This document shows positions 41,250-50,014 of a stretch of 64,000 nucleotides of DNA, piece by piece. A model generated the notes under the pieces. The model did not search any database, was not told where the DNA came from, and saw nothing but the letters and a program-made list of their open reading frames with translations. Every line of letters starts with the position of its first letter. The first letter of the stretch is position 1. Position numbers and translations under genes: made by a program. The stretch comes from Thermoleophilia bacterium. Lineage in GTDB: Bacteria; Actinomycetota; Thermoleophilia; BMS3ABIN01. The stretch lies in NCBI GenBank assembly GCA_020053595.1, contig JAGVMV010000006.1:49325-113324 (forward strand), written 5' to 3'.

Positions 41250-42467
41250 ATGACGGGTGTTGAGATCAAACCTGACATCTATTGGGTGGGAGCAATAGAT
41301 TGGGCGGTGCGCGACTTCCATGGTTATGTCACCCCCAAAGGCACGACATATAACAACTACCTGATCGTCGATGACCAGATCACCCTGGTCGACACGGTGA
41401 AATACGATTTTACCGAGGTGTCGATCAAGAATGTCACCAGCAAAGTCGACCCCGCGAAAATCCATAACCTGGTCATCAACCATGTGGAAAACGACCATGT
41501 GAGCGGGCTTTGCGATTTCATGGCGCTCTGCCCGGACGCGCACATATATATAACAGAGCGGGGGAGGCAGGTCATCGAGCGGTTCTTTGACCTCTCCATC
41601 TGGGATGTGAATGTGGTCAAGACCGGCGATAAGCTGAAACTGGGCAAGTACACACTGCAGTTCATCGAGACGCCGATGCTGCACTGGCCGGACTCGATGA
41701 TGACCTATGTGGAGGAGGCCAGCCTGCTGATCTCCCAGGATGCCTTCGGGCAGCACCTGGCCACCAGCGTCAGGTTCGACGACGATTTCATCACCTGCGC
41801 TTCCCATTCCGCCCTGGAAGAGTCGGTCATCGATTATTACGCCAACATCCTGATGCCCTTCGGCCAGCTGATCAAGTCGAAGATCAAGGCGATCCAGGAA
41901 ATGGGCATCCCCATCGACATGATCGCGCCGGACCACGGTCTTATCTGGCGTGGAGAGCCGGGCCGGGTCATGCAGATGTACCTGGACATGGCCAATGGCA
42001 AGGCCGACCTCGCCGTGGCCATCATTTACGACACCATGTGGAAGAGCACGCAGGTCATGACCGAGCCGCTGGTCCAGGGGATTATCGACGAGGGCGTCGA
42101 CTGCAAGGTGATTAAGCTCAGGGAGACGCCGATGAGCGCGGCTATCACCGATTTCTGGAAGTCACGGGGCTGCCTGGTCGGCTCACCTACGCTGAACAAC
42201 GAAGTCTTTCCCTCGGTAGCCCAGTTCATGACCCATTTGCGGGGCTTGCGGCCCAAGGACCGGGTAGTCGGGGCGTTCGGCAGCTACGGCTGGGGCGGCG
42301 GCGCCGTCAAATGGCTCTACGGCCAGTTCGGGGATATGAAGCTGGAAGCCGTCGAGGGTGGGGTAGAGGTGAAATACAAGCCGTCGCCGGAGGAGATGCA
42401 GCAGTGTTACGAGTATGGCCGGGCGTTCGCGAAAAAGGTCCGCGAGTACCACGAGCAGTACAAATAA
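41250..42467 (+). CDS. fprA: flavodiiron protein (FprA-type O2/NO reductase)
   Basis: Metallo-beta-lactamase-like diiron domain (H-x-E-x-D-H: NHVENDHVSG) plus a C-terminal flavodoxin domain. Confidence 0.9.
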   Translation: MTGVEIKPDIYWVGAIDWAVRDFHGYVTPKGTTYNNYLIVDDQITLVDTVKYDFTEVSIKNVTSKVDPAKIHNLVINHVENDHVSGLCDFMALCPDAHIYITERGRQVIERFFDLSIWDVNVVKTGDKLKLGKYTLQFIETPMLHWPDSMMTYVEEASLLISQDAFGQHLATSVRFDDDFITCASHSALEESVIDYYANILMPFGQLIKSKIKAIQEMGIPIDMIAPDHGLIWRGEPGRVMQMYLDMANGKADLAVAIIYDTMWKSTQVMTEPLVQGIIDEGVDCKVIKLRETPMSAAITDFWKSRGCLVGSPTLNNEVFPSVAQFMTHLRGLRPKDRVVGAFGSYGWGGGAVKWLYGQFGDMKLEAVEGGVEVKYKPSPEEMQQCYEYGRAFAKKVREYHEQYK

Positions 42468-42491
42468 AAAACAAGGCGAGGAGAGCTGAAA

Positions 42492-42626
42492 ATGCAGTAC
42501 AAGTGCAGCGTTTGCGGATATATCTACGATGAGGAAAATGAAGATGTGGCCTTCGCCGATCTTCCCGATGACTGGTGCTGCCCCACCTGCGGCGCGCCCA
42601 AGGAGGCGTTCGAGCTGGTTGAATAG
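42492..42626 (+). CDS. rubredoxin
   Basis: 44 aa, [14 protein letters not shown]...[16 protein letters not shown] (two CxxCG knuckles). GGAG RBS. Absent from the track only because of length. Confidence 0.85.
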   Translation: MQYKCSVCGYIYDEENEDVAFADLPDDWCCPTCGAPKEAFELVE

Positions 42627-42668
42627 ACTGACCTTATATATGAAGGTCGGGAGCGCGGGAGACAGGCG

Positions 42669-43148
42669 ATGACGGTTGAAATTCTGAAAATTCCTGGTGG
42701 CCTGGAGGTCGACGGCCTGATGCTGCTGCGGGGCAAGTGTGGCTGCACCTCGTTGGCCAAGTGCTGTTATTCGTGGTCCAAGGTAAAACAGAAGGGTTCT
42801 GATATCGTCGTCGAAGCCAAGCTCTCGGCGCCCGACACTAAAGATAATTTCGAGTGGGGCTACACGGTCAGCAAGGATGGCGTCACCGTAAACGTGGCCG
42901 TCGAGGACGCCCGGGACAAGGAGATCTATTCCGGGTACATCCCGCCGGCGGCGGCGGAGTGGGAAAGCCAGGGTTGGACGGTATCTGAAAAAACTGGCGA
43001 GCGCGAGGACAGCGTCGTCTGGCGCTGCGCCATGTGCAAGTGGCTTTACAAGGAGAACGAGGAGGGAACGTCTTTCGAGGAGCTGCCCGACGACTGGAAA
43101 TGCCCCACCTGCGGGGCGCCAAAAGGCGAGTTCGAAAAAATCAGCTAA
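42669..43148 (+). CDS. two-domain protein: novel Cys-rich N-domain (C-x-C-x6-CC) fused to a C-terminal rubredoxin domain
   Basis: C-terminus VVWRCAMCKWLY...[18 protein letters not shown] is a rubredoxin fold. The N-terminal KCGCTSLAKCCYSW motif is unassigned. Confidence 0.6.
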   Translation: MTVEILKIPGGLEVDGLMLLRGKCGCTSLAKCCYSWSKVKQKGSDIVVEAKLSAPDTKDNFEWGYTVSKDGVTVNVAVEDARDKEIYSGYIPPAAAEWESQGWTVSEKTGEREDSVVWRCAMCKWLYKENEEGTSFEELPDDWKCPTCGAPKGEFEKIS

Positions 43149-43160
43149 CGGAGGAACAAG

Positions 43161-43535
43161 ATGACTGAAAAAGGATTATTCTGCGGGATCAACCAGCCGG
43201 CCGACCCGGCAAACCTCTCGGAGATGGAGAAGAAGCACATGCCCTCGATCGACTGCCCGGACACCGTGAAAGCGGGAGAGCCGTTCCAGGTGAAGATCAG
43301 GGTGGGCGAGATTCCTCACGTCATGGAAGAGGGCCACCACATCCAGTGGCTCGAGGTCTCTTTCGGCAGGAACTTCAACCTGAGGATCGACCTGACGCCG
43401 GTCTTCACCAGGCCCGATGTCGTAGTGACGCTGGTCAAGGGCAGCGTGCACAAGACATCGACGCTGAGGGTTGTCGAGCGCTGCAACGTGCATGGCCAGT
43501 GGGAAGCGACGAAGGACGTGACGGTTAGCGAGTAG
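43161..43535 (+). CDS. superoxide reductase (neelaredoxin-type, 1Fe-SOR)
   Basis: EKKHMPSID, HHIQWLEV and CNVHGQW match the SOR iron ligands (E-K-H...HH...C-x2-H). Confidence 0.8.
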   Translation: MTEKGLFCGINQPADPANLSEMEKKHMPSIDCPDTVKAGEPFQVKIRVGEIPHVMEEGHHIQWLEVSFGRNFNLRIDLTPVFTRPDVVVTLVKGSVHKTSTLRVVERCNVHGQWEATKDVTVSE

Positions 43536-43632
43536 ACGGATCCAATGCGATAAAGCTCAGTAGCCTTCAATGTTTCACGAGGCCAACGCCGGATGGCGGT
43601 GCCGTGAAACAGCCATCTGAATCAATCACCTG

Positions 43633-43673
43633 AAGATATAAGGGGCGGCCGCAGGCCGCCCCTTATATCTTCT
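43633..43673. terminator. bidirectional terminator hairpin between convergent genes
   Basis: Perfect 19-bp inverted repeat GAAGATATAAGGGGCGGCC-gca-GGCCGCCCCTTATATCTTC between the SOR stop and the protease stop, followed by a T-rich run. Confidence 0.6.
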
Positions 43674-43688
43674 CTGTTTATCTTAAGC

Positions 43689-45473
43689 CTAGAGCTTGAC
43701 CGGCTTGGCGCATTTCGGACAGAAAACGGCATCCGCCGGCAAGGGCGTTGCGCAGTAAGCGCAGAAATGATGCTCCTCTGCAGCGCCCCCGGCTTCGCCC
43801 TCTTCTACCTTCTCTGGCGCCGGGGCTTCCTGAGGCTCTTCTTTTTCCACGGCCGGCGCTGGCGGTTCCGGAGCCGGTTCGGGCTCTGCCGGCGTCGGGG
43901 GTGTGATCGTTTCAGTTACGGGAGCGGGCGGTTCGGTGGCCGCGGGTGGCTCAGGTGTGGGCGGCGCCGGCTGTGCTGGCGGTACCACTGGGACGGGTTT
44001 GGCCGCTGGCCGTGGTGTCTGTGCAGCGGCAGGCGCCGGCGGCGCGACTTGCCCTGGCCCGGTTTTTGATTTGTTCTTGGGCTTGATTACAAGAATGAAC
44101 ACCAGTCCGATAGCCGCGGCTATCACGATCAACACCACGATAATCATCAGCCACATCGGCACGGGGAAGGTCGACTTGTCGAGACCTTCGTTGATTTTCG
44201 CGGTACAGAGAGCGATCTGGTCGGTTACGTATGGAAATGCCGGGCTGGATTCGGAAACCTGCTTGAACTTGTCCTTGGCGGCGCTGTAGTGCTCTTCCAG
44301 GGCCAGGTCCACACCTTCATGATATGTCTTTGTCAGGGGACCTTCCGTTGGAGTGACGTTGCTCTCGGTCAGAAACTGTTTTATTACGGTCGTCGGAATT
44401 GCGAAGTTGAAGCCCTGGACTTCATCGTAACCGCCGGTTGTGGTGTTCTGCTGAACACTGCCGAAGGTCGTGATGCCGATGACCTCGCCACGGGTGTTGA
44501 ACAGCGGGCCGCCACTGTTGCCGTGGGTTATGGATGTGTCGGTCTGGAGAACCTCCCAGCCTCCCTGCATTGTTTTGCGTCCGCTGATGCTGCCAACGGT
44601 GAGTGACGGCTTTATGTTTTCTTCTGATTCCTTGATAAGTGGATTGAAGGTCGCGACACCCGGATAGCCGAGGGCTATCGCCTGCTCGCCATCCTTGACC
44701 GTGGTATCATCGCCGAGTTTGACTGTTGGCAGGTTGTTGGCATTGATCTTGAGAACAGCCACATCCTTGCCCGGGACCTGCTCTCCAACCTTGATCAGCT
44801 CGGCGGGTGATCCTTTCTGGATTGTACCCAATCCGGCTACAGCGACACCCATAAGCACCTGGCTTTCAGACGACTGATTGCTCAAGGTCAGGTACTGGGC
44901 GTAGGCCGTAGCAAGCGCGTCGGACATTTTCTTGGCCTGATCTTCGCTAAGCTTGAAGCCCAGCCCGGTTTCGAGGTCGGCGATATCAGCTTCGACGAGG
45001 TCGCTTAAACCTATCAACGCCATGGACTGTTTCATCTCGGCGTCGGTCATCTTGACGACGTGGGCATTGGTGATCACATAGCCGTCAGGAGTAATGATAA
45101 ATCCTGTGCCTGAGGCACCTGTCTGTACGGGTAGGGAACGCTTACCCGCGCCGGGGATAATATAAAGCTGGGGGTTGTTCAGGAGCTCGCTGAGCACCGC
45201 GCCGAGTATCTGGTCCTCGGATGTAATCTGACCCGCGACCACCATGCCAAGAATTTTATCCGTCAACGCCTGTTCGTTGATCGCCAGATCGGCGACCGTC
45301 ACATCCGCTTTCCAGAGCGTCTCGATGTAGACGGTTCCCGGTTTGTTGTACTCGGCGATCTTTGGCGGATCCAGGGTCTTGGCCTGTTCGGGACCGCATC
45401 CTGTGATCAACATCAGAGAGCTTAAAACAAAAACGACAAGAAATAGTATTGACCCCCGCGCCCGGTTGGACAT
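43689..45473 (-). CDS. lipoprotein trypsin-like (S1) serine protease with one TM helix, a Pro-rich cytoplasmic tail and a C-terminal zinc ribbon
   Basis: LITGC lipobox, His (TNAHVV) and Ser (GNSGGP) catalytic motifs, a TM helix (MWLMIIVVLIVIAAAIGLVFILVI), a ~90-aa P/A/E-rich segment and CAYCATPL...CPKCAKP. Confidence 0.8.
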   Translation of the reverse strand: MSNRARGSILFLVVFVLSSLMLITGCGPEQAKTLDPPKIAEYNKPGTVYIETLWKADVTVADLAINEQALTDKILGMVVAGQITSEDQILGAVLSELLNNPQLYIIPGAGKRSLPVQTGASGTGFIITPDGYVITNAHVVKMTDAEMKQSMALIGLSDLVEADIADLETGLGFKLSEDQAKKMSDALATAYAQYLTLSNQSSESQVLMGVAVAGLGTIQKGSPAELIKVGEQVPGKDVAVLKINANNLPTVKLGDDTTVKDGEQAIALGYPGVATFNPLIKESEENIKPSLTVGSISGRKTMQGGWEVLQTDTSITHGNSGGPLFNTRGEVIGITTFGSVQQNTTTGGYDEVQGFNFAIPTTVIKQFLTESNVTPTEGPLTKTYHEGVDLALEEHYSAAKDKFKQVSESSPAFPYVTDQIALCTAKINEGLDKSTFPVPMWLMIIVVLIVIAAAIGLVFILVIKPKNKSKTGPGQVAPPAPAAAQTPRPAAKPVPVVPPAQPAPPTPEPPAATEPPAPVTETITPPTPAEPEPAPEPPAPAVEKEEPQEAPAPEKVEEGEAGGAAEEHHFCAYCATPLPADAVFCPKCAKPVKL

Positions 45474-45600
45474 TTTTGCTCCCTTGATGGTTGGGTAATT
45501 GAATTATTATATAGAGATTATACTCTTAGTTAAATGCTGGGAATTACCTTTAAATTAGGTCTCCACCAGGCCCGATGTCGTGGTGACAATAGTGGACATC

Positions 45601-45655
45601 GCGAGAGGCGGATTTTCAAAAACCATTCAGGCTTTTCAAAAACCGCCTCTCGCGT
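45601..45655. repeat. perfect 11-bp inverted repeat (GCGAGAGGCGG ... CCGCCTCTCGC) with an internal direct repeat TTTTCAAAAACC x2
   Basis: Seen directly in the sequence. Followed by GTTTTTA. Lies upstream of the protease gene. Confidence 0.4.
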
Positions 45656-46127
45656 TTTTATGTCCAGAAGCTCAAAATCGTAAACGATGACCGGGGGCTG
45701 TCACGAAAAATGGCAAGTTTGAAGCTTTCTGCGGCGCCTATTATCCCGCCCAGAACAAGGGAACCCTCTTCGAGGCATTCGAGTCGGGAGCGGCTGGCTG
45801 GAAACTGGCGGTGGGAGACACCGAGAACCGGGTCGAAGGACCTCAGAATTCGATCAGTTGGGGAATACTGAACCACTACCAGACCGGCTCTTACACGATG
45901 GTGCCGGGGGGCGCAGGTAGTGTTCGGACCCGGGCTGAAGTCCGCGACGGTCAAAGCTAAATTCCAGGAAGTCACTCACCCGGATACCATCATCAACGTT
46001 GACGCTAGCTTCACCTGCGAGTAAATCAGGGACGTTCTTTTCCTGGCGGTCGTAAAGCATTAATCAATACGAGGGGCTGTCGCTGAAGGCGATCGCCTTT
46101 TATTTTTTGTAGGCGTTATCCGCGTCC

Positions 46128-46448
46128 TCAGGCCGCATATAAAACCTGTCTGGTGTTCAGGATCTCGTGCCGGCGAAAAGGATTTCTGAGGCCGGACTTT
46201 TCGACCAGGTCCACCTCACGCCCAAATATCAACTTCAGTTCCTCGATCATGTCGATCCAGTCATATAGGCTCCAGGGGATATCGGGCTCGAAGGTTATAA
46301 GCACGTCCACATCGCTTTCGGTTCCGAAGTCTTCTCTTAAAACCGAACCAAAAATCGAGAACTCCGCAATCTGCCATTTCTGGCAAAAAGCCTTAATGCT
46401 CTTTTTGTTTATTGTCAAGGGGAGGTTCATGATCAATTCCTGAATCAT
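46128..46448 (-). CDS. MNT-type nucleotidyltransferase (type VII TA MntA-like), no adjacent HEPN partner
   Basis: FGSVLREDFGTESDVDVLITFEPD is the minimal nucleotidyltransferase motif (GS...D-x-D). The start is at Met 46448 or 46430; the track ORF carries a spurious 5' extension. Confidence 0.65.
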   Translation of the reverse strand: MIQELIMNLPLTINKKSIKAFCQKWQIAEFSIFGSVLREDFGTESDVDVLITFEPDIPWSLYDWIDMIEELKLIFGREVDLVEKSGLRNPFRRHEILNTRQVLYAA

Positions 46449-46562
46449 TGTAACGCTTCTTACCGTTATGCAAAAATCCTCTTTCCGTTTGCGATAAGGA
46501 AAAAGGGCGACTGGATGACCCAGCCACGGCCACATCGTTGGATGTCTGATCAAGGTTACGTC

Positions 46563-46875
46563 TCAGGCGTGTTTGGGCGATGCGGTTACCTCGGCAGATT
46601 CAGTAGCAGTTATGTCAGCGAACACCAGCCCGCTGTCCCCGAAGTCCACCTCCACCGTCTGCCCCTCACCGAACTCGCCCGTGAGCAGCTTCATGGCCAG
46701 CACGTCCTGTATCTCTTTCTGGATCAGCCGTTTGAGCGGCCGGGCGCCATAGGCCGGGTCGTAGCCCTCGCGGGCCAGGTAGTCCTTGGCGGCGTCGGTG
46801 ATGCTGATGCCCCGCTCATCCAGGCGGGCCACCAGCTTCCGCATCTGGATGTCCATGATCTGCAGCAGTACGTTC
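46563..46875 (-). pseudogene. clpB 3'-terminal paralogous fragment with an internal deletion
   Basis: It encodes NVLLQIMD + IQMRKL...[50 protein letters not shown]. That is near-identical to ClpB residues around LLQIMD and the last ~95 aa of the intact clpB at 51807-54449. DNA identity is about 85-90%. The junction falls at an 11-bp repeat (gtccaYgatct) present twice in clpB. Confidence 0.6.
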
Positions 46876-46878
46876 GCG

Positions 46879-47565
46879 CTACGCGGTCTGAAGTTTCGGC
46901 GCTGTCTTAACCAACACCCGGCCGTGCTCGAGATTGACGATGCGGTCGCCCGCCTCGCCCACGCTGGCGTCATGGGTGACGACGACCAGGGTCATTCCCT
47001 GCCTGTTCAGCTCCTCGAATAGCCCCATGACCGCTTCCTCGTTCTTTTCGTCGAGGTTGCCGGTGGGCTCGTCTGCCAGCAGCACCCTGGGCTCGTTGAT
47101 CAGCGCCCTGGCGATACACACCCGCTGCTGCTCGCCGCCGGAAAGGTGGGCCGGCAGGTGGTCCAGCCGGTGGCCCAGCCCCACGCGCTCAAGAGCAATT
47201 CTGGCCGACTCCTCGTCGGCCATGCTATGGAAATACTGGGCCAGCATCACATTCTCCGTCGCGTTGAGATAGGGAACGAGATGGAACTGCTGGAAGATGA
47301 GCCCCACCATCTCGCGGCGGTAACGGGCCAGGTCGCTGGCGGAGAGGCCGGCCAGTTCCAGGCCGTCTATCAGCACGGAGCCGGCAGTGGGCGAGTCCAG
47401 GCCGCATACAATATTAAGCAGCGTGGATTTCCCCGAACCGGAGGGGCCCATGATCGAGACCCATTCGCCTTCGCGGACGGCGAGGTCCACGTGATCGAGG
47501 GCGTTGACCTGCCCGTATGCCTTGCTCAGGCCGCTGATCTTCATTATTTCCTTCATGCTACTCAC
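46879..47565 (-). CDS. ABC transporter ATP-binding protein (LolD/MacB-type)
   Basis: Walker A (GPSGSGKST), ABC signature (LSGGEQQR) and Walker B ([11 protein letters not shown]). Confidence 0.9.
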   Translation of the reverse strand: MSSMKEIMKISGLSKAYGQVNALDHVDLAVREGEWVSIMGPSGSGKSTLLNIVCGLDSPTAGSVLIDGLELAGLSASDLARYRREMVGLIFQQFHLVPYLNATENVMLAQYFHSMADEESARIALERVGLGHRLDHLPAHLSGGEQQRVCIARALINEPRVLLADEPTGNLDEKNEEAVMGLFEELNRQGMTLVVVTHDASVGEAGDRIVNLEHGRVLVKTAPKLQTA

Positions 47566-48703
47566 CTCTCAGTATGACTGCTGGTTCTATGGACAGGGCG
47601 CGACGGACCGGCATCAGCGATGCCACGAAAGTCAGCACCCCGGCGCTGATGATGACTATGGGGATGACGGGCAGATGGAAAGAGACCGTGGTGTCGAAGA
47701 CCGAGAGCCCTATGGCCTGCGCCAGCACGAGTCCCAGCAGGTATCCGGCCGGCCCCGCCACCGCGCTAAGCACCAGCGCTTCTCCCAGGATGACCGAGGC
47801 TATACCGCGGCCCTCGGCCCCCAGGGACTTCATCAGTCCGATCTCGCGCCGCCGCTCCATGACGGCGTTGGCCAGCGAGGCGCTGACCGTGAGACCGGAG
47901 ATGAAAATGATGAGCGCCGTCACCAGGACCATGAGCAGGTTGATCTTGCCCAGCAGGTTCTGGCTGGCCTCGGCCACCTGTTTGACTGTCTTGGCGCGCG
48001 CTCCGGGGACGAGTTCGTCCAGCGACGCGGCCACCTGGTCCAGGTTCTGGCCTTCACCGGCCAGCACACTGACCTCGACCACGCTGACCTTTCCGGTCAG
48101 GCCGCTGATCGACTGGGCCTGGTCCAGGTCCATGATCACCTGGCTGTCCTCGGAGCCTCCGGAGTGGAGCGTTCCCGTCACCGCGAGCGTCCTGACGGTG
48201 CCGCCTTCTTTTACCGTAAAGGAATCGCCGGCCTTCAGGCCCAGCTTGGCCGCCACCTCTTTGCCGAGGATGGCGCCATGGCTGCCCTTGGCCGGGATCT
48301 CGCCCTCCACGCTCCACCAGGGGTTGATCCTGAGCGCCTGCTCAAAGACGATGCCGTTGATGACTATCTGGCGGCCGTTCACATCGGCCAGGCTGTACAC
48401 GAAGGGCGCGTAACCGGCCAGCGGGAAATCGACCGGACCATCGAGCGCCAACAGTTGCGACTGGTCGATCTGGCCCTGCGACTTAAGCGACAGACCCGAC
48501 GCCGCCGGATCGGCGGCGTCTTTCGGCAATAGCAGGATGTTGCTGCCGAAAGCAGTGAGCTCGCGCTCGTTCTTCTCGCCGATGTCCATAGCCAGGGTCA
48601 GCAGCGCCGCTTCCAGTGACAGACCCATGATCAGTGTCAGCACGATCAGTAGCGCCCTTCCGGGACGGTGTCTGAGCGATCTGATTATCAAACGGGGTAA
48701 CAT
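47558..48703 (-). CDS. ABC transporter permease (FtsX/LolC/E-MacB family)
   Basis: N-terminal TM helix, a large periplasmic domain and three C-terminal TM helices. The track ORF 47558..49207 includes about 168 spurious N-terminal codons; the start is placed at MLPRLIIRSL. Confidence 0.8.
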   Translation of the reverse strand: MLPRLIIRSLRHRPGRALLIVLTLIMGLSLEAALLTLAMDIGEKNERELTAFGSNILLLPKDAADPAASGLSLKSQGQIDQSQLLALDGPVDFPLAGYAPFVYSLADVNGRQIVINGIVFEQALRINPWWSVEGEIPAKGSHGAILGKEVAAKLGLKAGDSFTVKEGGTVRTLAVTGTLHSGGSEDSQVIMDLDQAQSISGLTGKVSVVEVSVLAGEGQNLDQVAASLDELVPGARAKTVKQVAEASQNLLGKINLLMVLVTALIIFISGLTVSASLANAVMERRREIGLMKSLGAEGRGIASVILGEALVLSAVAGPAGYLLGLVLAQAIGLSVFDTTVSFHLPVIPIVIISAGVLTFVASLMPVRRALSIEPAVILRGE

Positions 48704-48705
48704 CT

Positions 48706-49980
48706 CTATCCTTTTAAGGCCTGGATTGGTTGAATGCGGCTGGCCCGGCGCACCGGCAGGGCGCTCCCCAGCAGGGCGATGGCCATCGAGATGACGATGG
48801 CCAGCGGCAGCACGGGGAGGCTGAACGCCGCGGAAGAATCGAACACCTGCCGGCTGATGAGCGCCGCCAGGCCGATGCCGGCTCCATACCCGGCCGCGCC
48901 GCCGATGATCCCGATGGCCGCGGCTTCCAGCAGGAACTGTCCGGCGATGTGGATGTTCTCGGCCCCCAGGGCCTTCATCAGTCCGATCTCGCCGCGACGT
49001 TCCATCACCGTGGCGCTCATGGTAGCGGTCACACCTATAGCTGAGGTTACGGCCGCCATGCCAGCGATCAGGGCGAACAAAAGCTTTAGTTTCCCGAGGA
49101 AAGCTCCCTCGGCCTCGGCCACCTGCCGCACCGGCTTGGCCTGCCCGTCGGGGAAGGCCTCCTCGATCTGGTAGGTGATGGCGTCTATATATGGTGAGCA
49201 GTACCACTTCTCATAATCCGCAGGGGAGAGCCCCTCCTTCGGATCCTCCATCAGCTGGGCCCGTCGGGCGAGTTCATCCGGCGGCTTGGTCAGCGCGCTG
49301 ACCTGCACCTTCTCCACCTTGCCCGGCAGCCCCAGTAGCTCCTGTGCCTCCGGCAGGTCCACAAATATCTGGTTATCCTCGAAGCTGCCGGTGGAGACGA
49401 TGCCTGCCACGCGGAAATCCCGGGATGACTGGCCGACCTCCAGCTTCAGCGGGTCGCCGGCGGTTATTCCCAGGCGGTCCGCCAGCTCTCGCCCGATCAG
49501 CAACCGCCCCTCGCCGCTGGGCCACTCGCCCTGTATCTGCCACCAGGGGGAGATCTTCTTGATGCCCGTGGCGAACGGTCCCTTCTCGGTGGATATCTCG
49601 TGCTCGAACCAGGTGCCGACCAGCACCACCTGTTCACCCTTCAGCGTGGCGCTGCCGTAGAGGTACGGGGCGAAGCCGGTGATGTTGTTCTTCCAGAAGA
49701 TGGCCTTGAGCCGGCCGAGATCCGTGGCGTTGAGGAAGCTCTTGTCGCCGATCTCGCCGACCGGCATGCCGGCGATCTCCACCGGCACCGATTCGGACCG
49801 CGGGGCAAGGAGGATGTTGGCGCCGAAGGAGCGCATCTCTTTGCCCATCTTGTCCTCGATGTCGAGGGAGACGGTCAGCAGGCTGGAGATGAGCGCGGTG
49901 CCCACCAGCAGCGACAGCACGGCAAGCATCACCCTGCGGCGGCGCCTGACGAGTGAATCCTTTACCAGATGTAGAAGCAA
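48706..49980 (-). CDS. ABC transporter permease (FtsX/LolC/E-MacB family), second copy
   Basis: Same architecture as the 47558 gene. Two permeases plus one ATPase is a LolCDE-like arrangement. Confidence 0.85.
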   Translation of the reverse strand: MLLHLVKDSLVRRRRRVMLAVLSLLVGTALISSLLTVSLDIEDKMGKEMRSFGANILLAPRSESVPVEIAGMPVGEIGDKSFLNATDLGRLKAIFWKNNITGFAPYLYGSATLKGEQVVLVGTWFEHEISTEKGPFATGIKKISPWWQIQGEWPSGEGRLLIGRELADRLGITAGDPLKLEVGQSSRDFRVAGIVSTGSFEDNQIFVDLPEAQELLGLPGKVEKVQVSALTKPPDELARRAQLMEDPKEGLSPADYEKWYCSPYIDAITYQIEEAFPDGQAKPVRQVAEAEGAFLGKLKLLFALIAGMAAVTSAIGVTATMSATVMERRGEIGLMKALGAENIHIAGQFLLEAAAIGIIGGAAGYGAGIGLAALISRQVFDSSAAFSLPVLPLAIVISMAIALLGSALPVRRASRIQPIQALKG

Positions 49981-50014
49981 CGGGCCCCCGGTATCTTAAT
50001 TGACGTGTATCTTC

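Noticed and set aside
43900-44300. GC-rich low-complexity repeats (GGCGG/GGTGG runs) that could be mistaken for a repeat array.
   Set aside because: They are the coding sequence of the Pro/Ala-rich linker of the protease. There is no spacer-repeat periodicity and no CRISPR-like structure anywhere in the window.
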